Shown here: piece after piece, positions 11,085-20,802 of the stretch | Layout of the letters: each line of letters begins with the position of its first letter | How positions within the stretch are numbered: position 1 is the stretch's first letter | NCBI GenBank assembly: GCA_031963405.1 | Contig: JASSUJ010000001.1 | Span: 1,547,802 to 1,611,801 of the forward strand | Source of the DNA: Mycoavidus cysteinexigens | GTDB lineage: Bacteria > Pseudomonadota > Gammaproteobacteria > Burkholderiales > Burkholderiaceae | Length of the DNA stretch: 64,000 nt | Direction: 5' to 3' | Notes under the pieces: model-generated | Told to the model about the DNA's origin: nothing | What the model saw: the letters and a program-made list of their open reading frames with translations, nothing else | Database searches by the model: none | Made by a program: the position numbers and the translations under genes

Positions 11085-11627
11085 TTAAGCTAAATCCAAT
11101 TTCCTTTCTAATCGGCTAGGGGAGGCTTCTCCTTCCCACGTCATTACATATCCGATAAACGCGCTTAGAGCGGACTGCCCTCTTGTGGGCCTATTTTCAG
11201 ATTTAAGCGGTACTTCGGGAGCTGGGTATGTGCGTTGAGATTCAAGCAGTGCTTTAGAGGTTTGGTACCTACTTTGAGATTTAAGCGGTACTTCAGGAGC
11301 TGGGTATTTACTTCGGGGAGAAGAGGCTGCGTAGAGGTTAATTATTTCTTCTACTTCCACTTCCACAGCAAAGGGCTCAGAGATTTTTTTTCCTTCCAAT
11401 ATGCTTAATGTTTTGAGTATCTCTTCGTTTCTAGAGATAGCAAGTATGAGTGTCGGATCTAAGTTTTTATTTCGAGATAAAGTTTCATTTTTATAACCGG
11501 AAGAGAGAGGAGCAAGCAGCGGAGAACAAGCCTCTCTTCTAGAATGAAGATGAGATAACGAGCCGTCACGATCAGGAATGGGGGGGCGAGAGTTAGGATC
11601 AGGATAGGGTCCATAATTAATTCGCAT
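11085..11627 (-). CDS. AT-rich orphan protein with an internal repeat, candidate secreted effector
   Basis: 180-aa ORF in a visibly AT-rich block. It has an internal duplication (YPAPEVPLKSQSRYQ / YPAPEVPLKSENRPT) and an N-terminus MRINYGPYPDPNSRPPIP. A perfect PIP/hrpII box lies 138 bp upstream. I recognise no family. Confidence 0.6.
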   Translation of the reverse strand: MRINYGPYPDPNSRPPIPDRDGSLSHLHSRREACSPLLAPLSSGYKNETLSRNKNLDPTLILAISRNEEILKTLSILEGKKISEPFAVEVEVEEIINLYAASSPRSKYPAPEVPLKSQSRYQTSKALLESQRTYPAPEVPLKSENRPTRGQSALSAFIGYVMTWEGEASPSRLERKLDLA

Positions 11628-11764
11628 TACTTTATTCTCTTTTGTAAGATTGTTATATTTCTTGTCCAGCTCAAATATATTAATTGCTTTAAGCCGAGCA
11701 ACTCATCCTTAACTAAAATTTTCTATTAGTTTTACACGAGGAAAATTAGATTCTTTGCAAATCA

Positions 11765-11788
11765 CGAAGTAGCGTATGAACTCACGAA
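11765..11788 (-). promoter_or_regulatory. PIP/hrpII-type box TTCG-N16-TTCG
   Basis: The minus strand reads ttcgtgagttcatacgctacttcg (TTCGT-N15-TTCGT). It is about 138 bp upstream of the ATG at 11627 and in the gene's orientation. Confidence 0.6.
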
Positions 11789-12134
11789 AGGAGCAGATAG
11801 CAAGACAATAAATTCTCGCTACAGCTTGAGAAACCAAGATAAGAAAGTTGAGAAGCCAATATTGTTACTAGATTGATTTTTTACAAAATTGGCGTGGGAG
11901 TTGAATGGCAAGCTTTTGGTCTGTACTGCACAAAGCACTCTGGTTTATATGGCCTGGTTTGTTTTTTTGAAGTTTAAGGTGTAAGTTGTTTTTCTCTTCT
12001 ATATATAAATCGTTAAGAAATTTAATATATTATTAATATAGGTTAATGAAAATATCTTGAGGTAATTGTTTTGTTGGTTGAGTAAATTAAGAGTTGTGCA
12101 GTATCTTCATTTAAATTACATCGGTAAAAATTGT

Positions 12135-13337
12135 TTATTCGTGGTTTTCTATCACGCTTTGTCTGTAATATTTTTCGACCCAAGTCAATCCTTTCATCCT
12201 CCTCCAATCTGGTTCATTTTCACTCTCTCTTTGTTCTGAGTCTTCCGTTTTTTGTTGGTTAAGAGAGTTAGGTCTATCAGTATCATATTTTGTTGATTTG
12301 CTTGAATATGAATCTTTCTCAGATAAAGTTTTCTCTGCTGGTTCTGATTCTTCCGTTCCTTGATTGTTAAGAGAGTTAGCTCTATCAGTAGCATCTTTCT
12401 TTGCTTTAGATAATTTCTTTGCTTCGCTAATCATATTTTTTATATCTTGCACAGTAGTTGTCTCATAACTATTTTTATGTGCTAGATCAACGTCATATTT
12501 ATTTTTAAAAATATCCATTAGCACTGTGTTTGCTAAATTCATTTCTTCGCTGAACTTGTCTTTTGCTTGCTGTGAAATAGGGGTTTGATTTCTTGTCCAT
12601 CGAAGATAGGTATTGTTTTCATCTATTATTTGACCAATTAATACATAACCTTTTTGTGGTAATTCATCTATAAATGCATCAATATACGCTGTATTATTTT
12701 CTTTGCGATTAACAATTGCCCCGGTTTTTCTAATTATTGTATTAATGTATTCTGGATTTATTTTTCTAAATAAGAATTCACGTTTGAATTTTTTTATAAC
12801 TTCATATCGTTTTCTTTGAAGCTTCTCTATTGCTGCTTTTGTGTTGTCAACTTTAGTCTGCTCTAATAATTTTTCACTTTTCTTTAGATTCTGTTGAAAC
12901 TCGTCTTGTGCTTCATTAGGCTCCTCTTTTGACCGTATAGCTTCTTCTTTTTTTTCCAAATCGTCCTTTATCGCTTGTATAGCTTCTTCCTGCTGCGTCC
13001 AAAGTTCTTTTATTATTCTTATAGCTTCAGTTTCAATAGCTACGCCTTCTTTTTTTGTAATAAAAAAACTCCGCCATTTAGAAGACCAATTATTTAGCTC
13101 TGGCTGCTTTGTAGCGGCCTTTCTCTGATGCTGTGAAAAAGGAAAGATCGGTTTGCTCCGTAGGTTGTTTGCACTCTGTTTAACTGTATTTTTTAGTGAG
13201 ACAAGACTTCCTTTTATTTTGTTACGCGTGGTAGGGAAGGACGAAGGAGTAGTCCTTCCTGATGCTGATGTTTCTTTTTGGTACTGTTGATTTGGCTCTG
13301 TGCTATTTGTATTTTCGATACTTAGGGACGTTCGCAT
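12135..13337 (-). CDS. AT-rich orphan coiled-coil protein, candidate secreted effector
   Basis: 400-aa ORF. It has a Ser/Thr/Asn-rich N-terminus (MRTSLSIENTNSTEPNQ), a Lys/Glu-rich central coiled-coil-like region and a C-terminal duplicated segment (DATDRANSLNNQGTEESE / YDTDRPNSLNQQKTEDSE). A perfect PIP/hrpII box lies 236 bp upstream. Confidence 0.65.
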   Translation of the reverse strand: MRTSLSIENTNSTEPNQQYQKETSASGRTTPSSFPTTRNKIKGSLVSLKNTVKQSANNLRSKPIFPFSQHQRKAATKQPELNNWSSKWRSFFITKKEGVAIETEAIRIIKELWTQQEEAIQAIKDDLEKKEEAIRSKEEPNEAQDEFQQNLKKSEKLLEQTKVDNTKAAIEKLQRKRYEVIKKFKREFLFRKINPEYINTIIRKTGAIVNRKENNTAYIDAFIDELPQKGYVLIGQIIDENNTYLRWTRNQTPISQQAKDKFSEEMNLANTVLMDIFKNKYDVDLAHKNSYETTTVQDIKNMISEAKKLSKAKKDATDRANSLNNQGTEESEPAEKTLSEKDSYSSKSTKYDTDRPNSLNQQKTEDSEQRESENEPDWRRMKGLTWVEKYYRQSVIENHE

Positions 13338-13572
13338 GGCGTCCTCCTATAAAAGCGTAGATTAATTTTTTTAGGCAGCGCATGAATGCTGTTTTAAGCC
13401 AATTAGCACGGACTTAAATAAGCGTTAAATCAATCGAGAGCAAGACGGTTTGATGTAGATCGCGTGCCTATATGGCACAAAGGCATGACGCGCCCGCCCA
13501 GTTGATTCAGCATTTTCTTAAGCGGAGCTTTTTATATTTTTATACTGATTCAGTTAGATTTCTCTGAAAGCA

Positions 13573-13596
13573 CGAAATGGCAGATGCTTAAGCGAA
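13573..13596 (-). promoter_or_regulatory. PIP/hrpII-type box TTCG-N16-TTCG
   Basis: The minus strand reads ttcgcttaagcatctgccatttcg (TTCGC-N15-TTCGT), about 236 bp upstream of the ATG at 13337. Confidence 0.55.
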
Positions 13597-13646
13597 ATTA
13601 TCTGTAACAAAAGATAAGTTTTAGTTTGAGAGCTTGAAATGTTGCG

Positions 13647-14495
13647 CTAAGCGCAACAAGTAGCATCGCGTGCGATTAAGGCTAATCCTGAGAGTACGAG
13701 GTGCTCGTGATAGGTATAAGGAATAGTGAGACGTTGGGCGACTTCAGCGGCGCTGCCGCCGCTTAAGACACAGCGCGGGATGGTGTTAAGTTGTTGATGC
13801 AGGTCGCGCCAGGCACGCTCGATAAGTGCAGCTTGGGCGAGCAGACAGCCTTCGCTGACAGCTGCTTTTGTGTCGCGAGCGAAGCGTGTTGTGTTGCTGC
13901 CATGCGGTAAAGTGGGAGTGGCAGCAGGAGTGAGCGTGGGAAGTTGTGCTGTGTATTGGCCAAGCGCCTGCATCATCAGCGTGGCGCTAGCAGCGATTAG
14001 CCCACCACTGAAGGTGCCGTTTGCATCCAGGCTTTCGAGTGTGGTGGCAGTGCCAAGCGTAGCGAGCAGGAGCGGTTCGTCAGGATAGGTGGCGCGTGCG
14101 CCGATTAAACCTGCCCAGCGGTCACTGCCAAGCTGCTGAGGTTGGTGATAAAGGTTGGTGACGCCGCATTGGTATGGCTGCGCACTGATGATATGCCGCG
14201 GTGTATGCGGCCAGTGTTGGCTAATGAGCTCGCTCAGCCGTTGCTCAACGGCGTTGCCAGCAACGTTTGAAATCCACACGCTATGTGGGGCAGGGAGTGC
14301 CGACCAATCAGGTGCGGTTGGCATTGCTAAAGCAGGCAATGTTGTGCTGGGTGGTGAATGCGCATGCGCAAAGGTGCCAAGCGCACTGCGCTCGCCGCTG
14401 GCGCTAATGAGAGCCCATTTAACACAACTATTGCCAGCGTCAATAAGTAAAAAAAAGTCGTCAACACACGCGGCCGATAAGCTACTGGGCTTCAT
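13647..14495 (-). CDS. coaX: Type III pantothenate kinase
   Basis: Baf/CoaX family with LLIDAGNSCVKWAL near the N-terminus. The ATG at 14495 overlaps the birA stop as ATGA. An alternative ATG lies at 14513. Confidence 0.85.
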   Translation of the reverse strand: MKPSSLSAACVDDFFLLIDAGNSCVKWALISASGERSALGTFAHAHSPPSTTLPALAMPTAPDWSALPAPHSVWISNVAGNAVEQRLSELISQHWPHTPRHIISAQPYQCGVTNLYHQPQQLGSDRWAGLIGARATYPDEPLLLATLGTATTLESLDANGTFSGGLIAASATLMMQALGQYTAQLPTLTPAATPTLPHGSNTTRFARDTKAAVSEGCLLAQAALIERAWRDLHQQLNTIPRCVLSGGSAAEVAQRLTIPYTYHEHLVLSGLALIARDATCCA

Positions 14496-15403
14496 TCGCC
14501 TGGCTCCGAGCATGATTTCTGCGCAGAGTCTTCTGTTGGGCTTAGGCGTAGCGAGAGGTCTCCGCTGGCAATTGGCTTAATACCGCTCTCACTCTCTAGT
14601 AGCAAACGGCCTATTGAGTCGATGCCAAGCGCAATACCATGTGTGCTTGCTAAACCGCCCTCTAGCAACGTGACACGCTTGCCTGCATAAGCGTGGGCTG
14701 CATTCCATGCGTCTTGGAAAGGCGCAAATCCTTCTACGCTAAAACGTGTAAGCATGGCGGCGAGCGCATTTAGCAAAGCAGCAAAAGTATCCGTCATAGA
14801 AAGGGTCGGCAACAAACGCGCAAGCGCGGCTGGCTGGTTTATACGAGGTGAGGAGGACTTGAGCTCATCTAAATGTTGAGCGAGCGTATCCTCGCCATAA
14901 AGATTAAGACCAATGCCGATCACAGCAGCGCTGGAAGCAGGGGTATGCCAAGCAGTTTCGATCAAGATACCGGCGAGTTTGGCACCATCGAGTAGCACGT
15001 CATTAGGCCACTTCAAGGCTAGCCGCTGTGGTTCAGCCAACGGCAGCGTACGCAACCCGGCAAGCAGCGCTGTTCCAGTGGCGAGGCTTAAGCCCGCCAA
15101 TTCATGAATGGGGCGGGGTATCAAATAAGCAATAGAAAAAAGCAGTGCATTACCGCTCAACCCAAGCCAGCTGCGCCCAAGCCTGCCCCGACCTTGCGTT
15201 TGCGAATAAGCTAAGCGCGCTAGCGGCCGGCTAAACTCGTCCTGCTGGGTGCGCCAGCGCGTGATTAAATCCGTATTGGTGGAGCCGGTTTCGTTAACAA
15301 TTTCTAGTGTGAACTGACGTGCGCGCTCACTGAGCTGATGAGAAAGCTGTATCGGGTCGAGGCGGCGCTTGGCGCGGTCGGTAGAAGAGGAAGAAGCCAC
15401 CAT
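14492..15403 (-). CDS. birA: Biotin--[acetyl-CoA-carboxylase] ligase
   Basis: BPL/LPL catalytic-domain motifs are present (QTQGRGRLGRSWLG, KWPNDVLL). I chose the ATG at 15403. The track ORF starts at the GTG at 15454. Confidence 0.85.
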   Translation of the reverse strand: MVASSSSTDRAKRRLDPIQLSHQLSERARQFTLEIVNETGSTNTDLITRWRTQQDEFSRPLARLAYSQTQGRGRLGRSWLGLSGNALLFSIAYLIPRPIHELAGLSLATGTALLAGLRTLPLAEPQRLALKWPNDVLLDGAKLAGILIETAWHTPASSAAVIGIGLNLYGEDTLAQHLDELKSSSPRINQPAALARLLPTLSMTDTFAALLNALAAMLTRFSVEGFAPFQDAWNAAHAYAGKRVTLLEGGLASTHGIALGIDSIGRLLLESESGIKPIASGDLSLRLSPTEDSAQKSCSEPGE

Positions 15404-15529
15404 GCAAGGCGTAGAGTAATGGTCACGGATTGAAAGCCACTCACTTATCCGCACACAGATAGGGGCGCGGTTGGGTGAGGCGAAAAAACCCCCACATATT
15501 ACCTATATGCTATGGTCTCTGCACAGCTT

Positions 15530-15606
15530 TAGGTAAAGGAAGCACCGAATAAGCCTAAGCCGCGTCATACCGTGCTCGCGATTGATTCAACGCTTCCTTA
15601 CCTAAC
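15530..15606. repeat. Short palindromic element, family C
   Basis: The inverted ends are aggtaaaggaagcaccgaataagc ... gattgattcaacgcttccttacct. The motif GGAAGCGCTGAAT(A/C)A and its complement recur at about 8548, 8720, 9303, 13500, 16621, 24416, 35091, 35175, 52748, 52838, 52996 and 55038. Confidence 0.5.
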
Positions 15607-15843
15607 TTCTAGGTGAAGTGCCTTTCTTGCTGGGTCGCTTTTGAGTAAATGAGTGGACAGTTTCTTGGTCGCCCACTCATAATCGTAAACAACTCAAGCA
15701 TAGCGCTGGCTCGCGACGAGTGACGGCTAGCGTGTAAAACTCTCTTTTATATTCGTGTTTTAGCGCTCGCTTGCATAAATTGGGCAGTCAGAGCAGATAA
15801 ATAGAGGCACGGTAATGAATATAAATTTCTATAAGGTATAAGC

Positions 15844-16383
15844 ATGCATTCTTTTTCTGAGATTCGATTGCGGGCACTGGAAAGAAATGACCTACATTTC
15901 GTGCATATGCTGAATAACAACCAGCGCATCATGCCTTACTGGTTTGAAGAGCCTTATGAGGCTTATGTCGAGCTGGTGCTGCTGTACGATAAACATATCC
16001 AAGATCAAGGCGAGCGGCGCTTTATTGTTGAGAGCCGGGCGGGCGACATGGTCGGCTTAGTCGAGCTGGTTGAAATTGATTACATTCACCGGCGTGCTGA
16101 GTTTCAAATTATTATCGAGCCAAGCCACCAAGGGCGCGGCTATGCTGAAAAAGCGACTTTACTCGCGATTGATTATGCGTTTCGGGTACTGAATTTATAT
16201 AAGCTTTATTTGATTGTTGATAAAGAAAATCACAAAGCAATCCACATTTACACAAAATGCGGTTTCGTTCTTGAAGGGAATCTGTTGCAGGAGTTTTTTG
16301 TCAACGGCATCTATCGAGATGCGATCAGAATGTGCTTGTTCCAGCCTAAATATTTGGCTAGCGAAGAGAGCAACGGCGCATAA
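15844..16383 (+). CDS. speG: Spermidine N1-acetyltransferase (GNAT)
   Basis: 179 aa. It is collinear with my recollection of E. coli SpeG along nearly its whole length ([64 protein letters not shown]). Confidence 0.9.
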   Translation: MHSFSEIRLRALERNDLHFVHMLNNNQRIMPYWFEEPYEAYVELVLLYDKHIQDQGERRFIVESRAGDMVGLVELVEIDYIHRRAEFQIIIEPSHQGRGYAEKATLLAIDYAFRVLNLYKLYLIVDKENHKAIHIYTKCGFVLEGNLLQEFFVNGIYRDAIRMCLFQPKYLASEESNGA

Positions 16384-16440
16384 AAGGCTTTTTCAAGGCG
16401 CGAGGCAAGGCTGCAATTTAGAGGCGAAATCTAATTGGGA

Positions 16441-16516
16441 TGGCGCGCCTGGCAGGGGTCGAACCTGCGACCTTCGGCTTCGGAGGCCGACACTCTATCC
16501 ACTGAGCTACAGGCGC
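16441..16516 (-). tRNA. tRNA-Arg (anticodon CCG)
   Basis: The reverse complement gcgcctgtagctcagtggatagagtgtcggcctccgaagccgaaggtcgcaggttcgacccctgccaggcgcgcca folds as a cloverleaf. Acceptor stem is gcgcctg/caggcgc, the anticodon loop is ctCCGaa, the T-arm is ggttcgacc, and the CCA is encoded. Confidence 0.9.
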
Positions 16517-17074
16517 TTTAAGATTATTTCTACGAAAATAACTAAAGATCGAACGTATAAATTGTATAGACCTTAAATGCAGGGCTGAAGCATACCCATT
16601 TCAGCGCCTAAAGTCCATTTAAGGAAGCACTGAATAGCCTAGAGGCGATGTATATCTCTGCCGTCTGCATTCCTGGCTTGCGCTATCCGGCACTTCTTTG
16701 CGTAGAATGTATTTCATCAATATCTAAAAATTGTTAAAGAAGGGGCAACTTAGTTGCCCAGCTAAGAAGAGCGCGGCGCAGCAAGCAATAGCTAGTTGGA
16801 TTTGAATTTTGTTTCAGGTAAATCTTTTCGCATGCTCAGATTAAGCGGAATTTGTGAAGATCAAGTGTTCAACCCAAATACTGCACGTTATCAACGAATA
16901 TGCTTATGAGAAGAGCTGAATAAACTGCTTTTAGTGCTTATACATTAGGCTTATCAGCCTTTCGGGTAAGTGCTTTATTCAAGGTTTTCTATGTTCGCAA
17001 TCTGTCACGGCCCTTGGTCGGCTTAGGCATGGCCTGTGCAACGTTTGCCCTGTTAATTATTTAAACCAAACAAG

Positions 17075-17686
17075 ATGAGCCAAGACTCTCAAAAAGAAAC
17101 GCTGTTTAAAAGCCCGAAGCGGCTGATTATTGCCCTGATTGCTGGATTTCTCATCCCCATTGCCACCATTGGTTTGCTGATTAGCTATGTGCGTAACATA
17201 AGCTTACCAAACGCTGGTACGGACGCTATGTCAGCCTCAGCTATCACGCAGCGCATTGCGCCTGTTGCGCAGGTAGCTATCCAGGAAATGCCAGCCTCAG
17301 CTGCTAGCGAAGTGGCAGATAACGCGACATCAGCCTCACCAACTGCAGCCGATAGCGCCAATGGAGAAGCGATTGCTGCTGCCATCGCAGCAATTCCTAG
17401 TGCTGCTTCTATGGCTGCCAAGAGCAAGGCTGGCCCTGCAGATGCAGCGCAAGCGGGTAAAGCGCTGTACACACAAATTTGCCAAACCTGCCATGCTACG
17501 GGCTTATTAAGTGCGCCAAAATTTGGTAACAAAGCAGATTGGGCGCCCCGCCTGAAAAGCCCAGTCAGCGAAATTTATCAGTATGCGTTGCAAGGCAAAG
17601 GCAGTATGCCGCCCAAAGGGGGCTCGAATGCGTCTGATGAAGAAATAAAAGCAGCTGTTGACTATATGCTCAAGGCAGTAAAGTAA
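17075..17686 (+). CDS. Membrane-anchored cytochrome c5 family protein
   Basis: It has an N-terminal TM helix, an Ala/Ser-rich linker and a C-terminal mono-haem domain with CQTCHATG and ...GSMPPKGG. Confidence 0.8.
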   Translation: MSQDSQKETLFKSPKRLIIALIAGFLIPIATIGLLISYVRNISLPNAGTDAMSASAITQRIAPVAQVAIQEMPASAASEVADNATSASPTAADSANGEAIAAAIAAIPSAASMAAKSKAGPADAAQAGKALYTQICQTCHATGLLSAPKFGNKADWAPRLKSPVSEIYQYALQGKGSMPPKGGSNASDEEIKAAVDYMLKAVK

Positions 17687-17848
17687 AAGTATTTATTGCT
17701 GGAGCTGCTTATTATCTACTTATGCTCAGCACAAATTATTGCTTAAGAAATTTAGCAATCAGCCTCACTTTAGCCAAGCGCAAATTATCTGAACAATACC
17801 TAGTTAGTGGGTTAGCAGCGAAGCTCGTCTTATTAGAAAAAACCCTTA

Positions 17849-18307
17849 ATGAAAACGATTTGTTTTTTTCAGCGTCTTAGCGGTAGTTGGATAATTAGTC
17901 GTTTTATTTCAAACCATGGTTGTGTGCGGGGAGATGCTACGTTTAGGCAAATTGAAACAAACGTTCTTCACTACCATGAACAAGGGCTGCTTACTCTAGA
18001 AAGCTCGAAGCGAACGTTGGCGTGCTATAGGGACTATGTTTACCGTTATGAATATGAATCGGATGCTATTTTTGTTTATTTTGTAGAAGCTGGAAAAGCA
18101 GATCGATTGTTTCATATGCTTCGTTTTCCGCTCAGCGACGAACCGTCAGTGGCACGTGCCACGCATCATTGCAAAAGCGATACTTATGAGGCTATTTACG
18201 AATTAATTAATGCTGATAATTTTAAAATTACTTATAAAGTCAGCGGGCCTAACAAAAATTACGAATCGCATACCTTTTTTCAGCGTAAGCCCTTCTTGGC
18301 TGTATAA
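17849..18307 (+). CDS. Hypothetical protein (possibly DUF6314/lipocalin-like)
   Basis: 152-aa ORF with beta-rich sequence (GSWIISRFI..., YRYEYESDAIFVYF, KITYKVSGPNKNYESHTFF). The family assignment is from memory only and is weak. Confidence 0.45.
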   Translation: MKTICFFQRLSGSWIISRFISNHGCVRGDATFRQIETNVLHYHEQGLLTLESSKRTLACYRDYVYRYEYESDAIFVYFVEAGKADRLFHMLRFPLSDEPSVARATHHCKSDTYEAIYELINADNFKITYKVSGPNKNYESHTFFQRKPFLAV

Positions 18308-18458
18308 AATAATTAAAGCTAATAATATTGGAGATGAAGTTGTTGCTTGGTTTGAGACGTGGGGTGAAGAAAATGCAAAGGCTGTGCCTGTATCCAACCT
18401 TACCCCGACATAACCGAGGTAAGGTCTTTATATTTTTATTAAGCGAAGAGATTTTTTA

Positions 18459-19202
18459 TTATCTGGGAATAATATTTAAAGAATAGAGATGTAGGCCGGC
18501 ATTTCTATAGTCTAGTTTTGGAATGATAATCGAAATAATATTATTATCTTGTTCCTCTGTGTCAAATAAAAGAGAAGCGCATTGCTCTGAGTTTGCCTCA
18601 GATAATTCAAATTCTTCTTCATGCAACTTTTCTTTACCGAAACTGCCAATATAAACTTTATATTTTCCTAATGGCTTTGTCCCATAACCGCAGTTAGTAG
18701 ATGCTTCGATATGAAGGGAAAATTTCTTAGGAAATGGCGAAGCAAACTCAATTAAAACAGTATCCCTGTTCAACTGTGCATATCGCCCTCTTATTGGGAC
18801 ATCAAGAACTATGCGCCCGCCTCCCTTTGTGAACATTTCAGTTGCTCCTTGAAACCCCTCAATGCGCGTGACTACGTTGCTAGATGCACTGGTAAAGTTA
18901 AAGAAAATATTATTTTTTACGGGTAAATTTGAGCTTGCTATTGAGCTTCGGCTTAAAGTTTCATTTAGTTTTTCTAATAACTTTTCTAGCGCTGAAATTC
19001 TTTGATTGGTATCTTTAATTGAATTTTCTATAGTGCATGATCTATTTTTTTGCTCAAGTTTAAATTCCTCAAACCCTTCATTAAGTTCTCTAAATTCTGC
19101 GCCTAGCTCATTTACCGTCTCAGAAAGCGAGCTATTATCCTCTATAGGAAAATCATGTTCAATTGGAGGGTTATTCTGAACTGTAGTATTAATTATGCGC
19201 AT
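18459..19202 (-). CDS. AT-rich orphan protein with an N-terminal coiled coil and a beta-rich C-terminal domain
   Basis: 247-aa ORF. It starts MRIINTTVQNNPPIEHD, has a heptad-like segment (RISALEKLLEKLNETL), then a beta-strand-rich C-terminal half. The region is AT-rich and I recognise no family. Confidence 0.55.
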   Translation of the reverse strand: MRIINTTVQNNPPIEHDFPIEDNSSLSETVNELGAEFRELNEGFEEFKLEQKNRSCTIENSIKDTNQRISALEKLLEKLNETLSRSSIASSNLPVKNNIFFNFTSASSNVVTRIEGFQGATEMFTKGGGRIVLDVPIRGRYAQLNRDTVLIEFASPFPKKFSLHIEASTNCGYGTKPLGKYKVYIGSFGKEKLHEEEFELSEANSEQCASLLFDTEEQDNNIISIIIPKLDYRNAGLHLYSLNIIPR

Positions 19203-19708
19203 GCCAATCTCCTAAAGATGAATGCTATATTTAATTAAAAATCTATAAAAAATTCAGGATATATATGTATTTATGCCAAATTGCAATTTAATTTTTTGGG
19301 ACTTTTGCTATTTTTTACAATAAGGTGTTTTCTTTAAAAGTACCTTCTTTAGCTAAGCAGTTTTTTTTAATTTAAGTCGGTCTACTAAGCAAAATTCAAA
19401 CCCGATTAAGAATTAATCATATATAGATAAATTTCACTGCGTAGTTAGCCAACGCTTATTTCAGCTGGGTATGCTGAACTGCCTATTTATATAAAGGCAA
19501 AAAAAACGTTGTGTGGTGGTGAGTTGCGATTTGGAAGGCCGTTAGAGGCGAAGGCTAATTAGATTTTTGCAGCAACTAAAAACGTGTGCATTAGATATGT
19601 TGATCGATGTGCCAATAAAGCCGAGTCAGCCTAGCATTTTTAATGCTAAAGCCCTGCTAAATAAGATGCGCCGAATTATTCATATGATTACTTAAAACGG
19701 GATAACGG

Positions 19709-19745
19709 CAGCGGAGCCGATTCAAAAAACAAATCGGCTCCGCTG
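19709..19745. terminator. Stem-loop, candidate terminator downstream of the Tim44-like gene
   Basis: cagcggagccgatt-caaaaaaca-aatcggctccgctg forms a 14-bp perfect stem about 50 bp beyond the stop at 19794. The flanking U-tract is weak. Confidence 0.45.
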
Positions 19746-19793
19746 CGGTGCGTGCTCTGGCTGAGAAGCGCAGCACTTGATCAGAAGTAGAGG

Positions 19794-20774
19794 TTAATCC
19801 AGCTGCTGAATACCCGCTAATTTCCATTCACTATTGCTAGTCTCATCCTTCGTAAAGTTCCATACTTCGACGAAAGTTTCAGCTTTGACTTGTTCTTCTG
19901 TTTCTCGAATCAGGCCTGAAAAACGTACGCTGGCTAAAGGTTCGACGCCTTCATTTTCCATGCTTAGGAGTTCGGCATTGAGTTGTTCGACATCGGTGTG
20001 GCTTGGGGTTGTGCCGCGCTCGGTGACGTCGAGTTTGATTTCAGCAAACATTTCAGCCGTTGTAAATTTACGAATATCGTTTAAATCGCCTGTATCCCAA
20101 GCCGCTTGTAAGCGAATGAATTGGACTTTGGCCGCACGCAGGAAAGCCTCGTTATCAGAATGTGCCGCAGGCGGCTGCATATCTATCGTGGTTGCTGCGG
20201 CTGTCTCGACTGTGGCAGCTGGCGCTGGAGTGAAGGGCTCTGCCGGCTGGCCCGCGGTAAAAGCAGGCTTATAGGAAGTAAAGGCAGGCTCTTGTCCACC
20301 GCGAGCATTCTGCGCATCTGCATTGCTTTTGCGCGATTTAAATAGACGAATTATCCAGTAAACAGCCAATACGACTAAACCGATAACTAATAGATTGGAC
20401 AGCATGCCGCCTAATGCCCCGCCTAAACCCAGGTGTGACAATAGCGCCGCAATGCCAAGCCCCGCCGCCAGGCCAGCTAAAGGCCCAAGCCAGCGATTGC
20501 GTGGCTGAGCTGGGGGTGTTTGCGGCGAGGCGTTTTGATTGCGTTGTGAGGCATGCTGATTTTGCCCAGGAGGCATGGCGCCCCGATGTTGCTGCTGAAT
20601 GGAGTGCGACTGACGACCGAAGCTACGCCCGCCCCCCATTCGCTTTGCTTGCGCGTCCTGTGCGAACAAACTGAATGCAAGCACAAATGCCAGCGCGGTT
20701 GTGCCGAGAAATTTCAAAGAAGTAAGGTTGCGCAAGCGCGCAAATAAAACCGGAAGAGAAGAAAGCAAAGCCAT
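19794..20774 (-). CDS. Tim44-like domain-containing membrane protein
   Basis: It has a signal/TM segment, a Gly/Gln-rich linker, a second TM and a C-terminal Tim44-like domain (FLRAAKVQFIRLQAAWDTGDLNDIRKFTTAEMFAEI...WKLAGIQQ). Its position next to ubiE matches other Burkholderiales. Confidence 0.8.
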   Translation of the reverse strand: MALLSSLPVLFARLRNLTSLKFLGTTALAFVLAFSLFAQDAQAKRMGGGRSFGRQSHSIQQQHRGAMPPGQNQHASQRNQNASPQTPPAQPRNRWLGPLAGLAAGLGIAALLSHLGLGGALGGMLSNLLVIGLVVLAVYWIIRLFKSRKSNADAQNARGGQEPAFTSYKPAFTAGQPAEPFTPAPAATVETAAATTIDMQPPAAHSDNEAFLRAAKVQFIRLQAAWDTGDLNDIRKFTTAEMFAEIKLDVTERGTTPSHTDVEQLNAELLSMENEGVEPLASVRFSGLIRETEEQVKAETFVEVWNFTKDETSNSEWKLAGIQQLD

Positions 20775-20802
20775 TGATAACGCCTCTTAAAAAGATAAAA
20801 CT

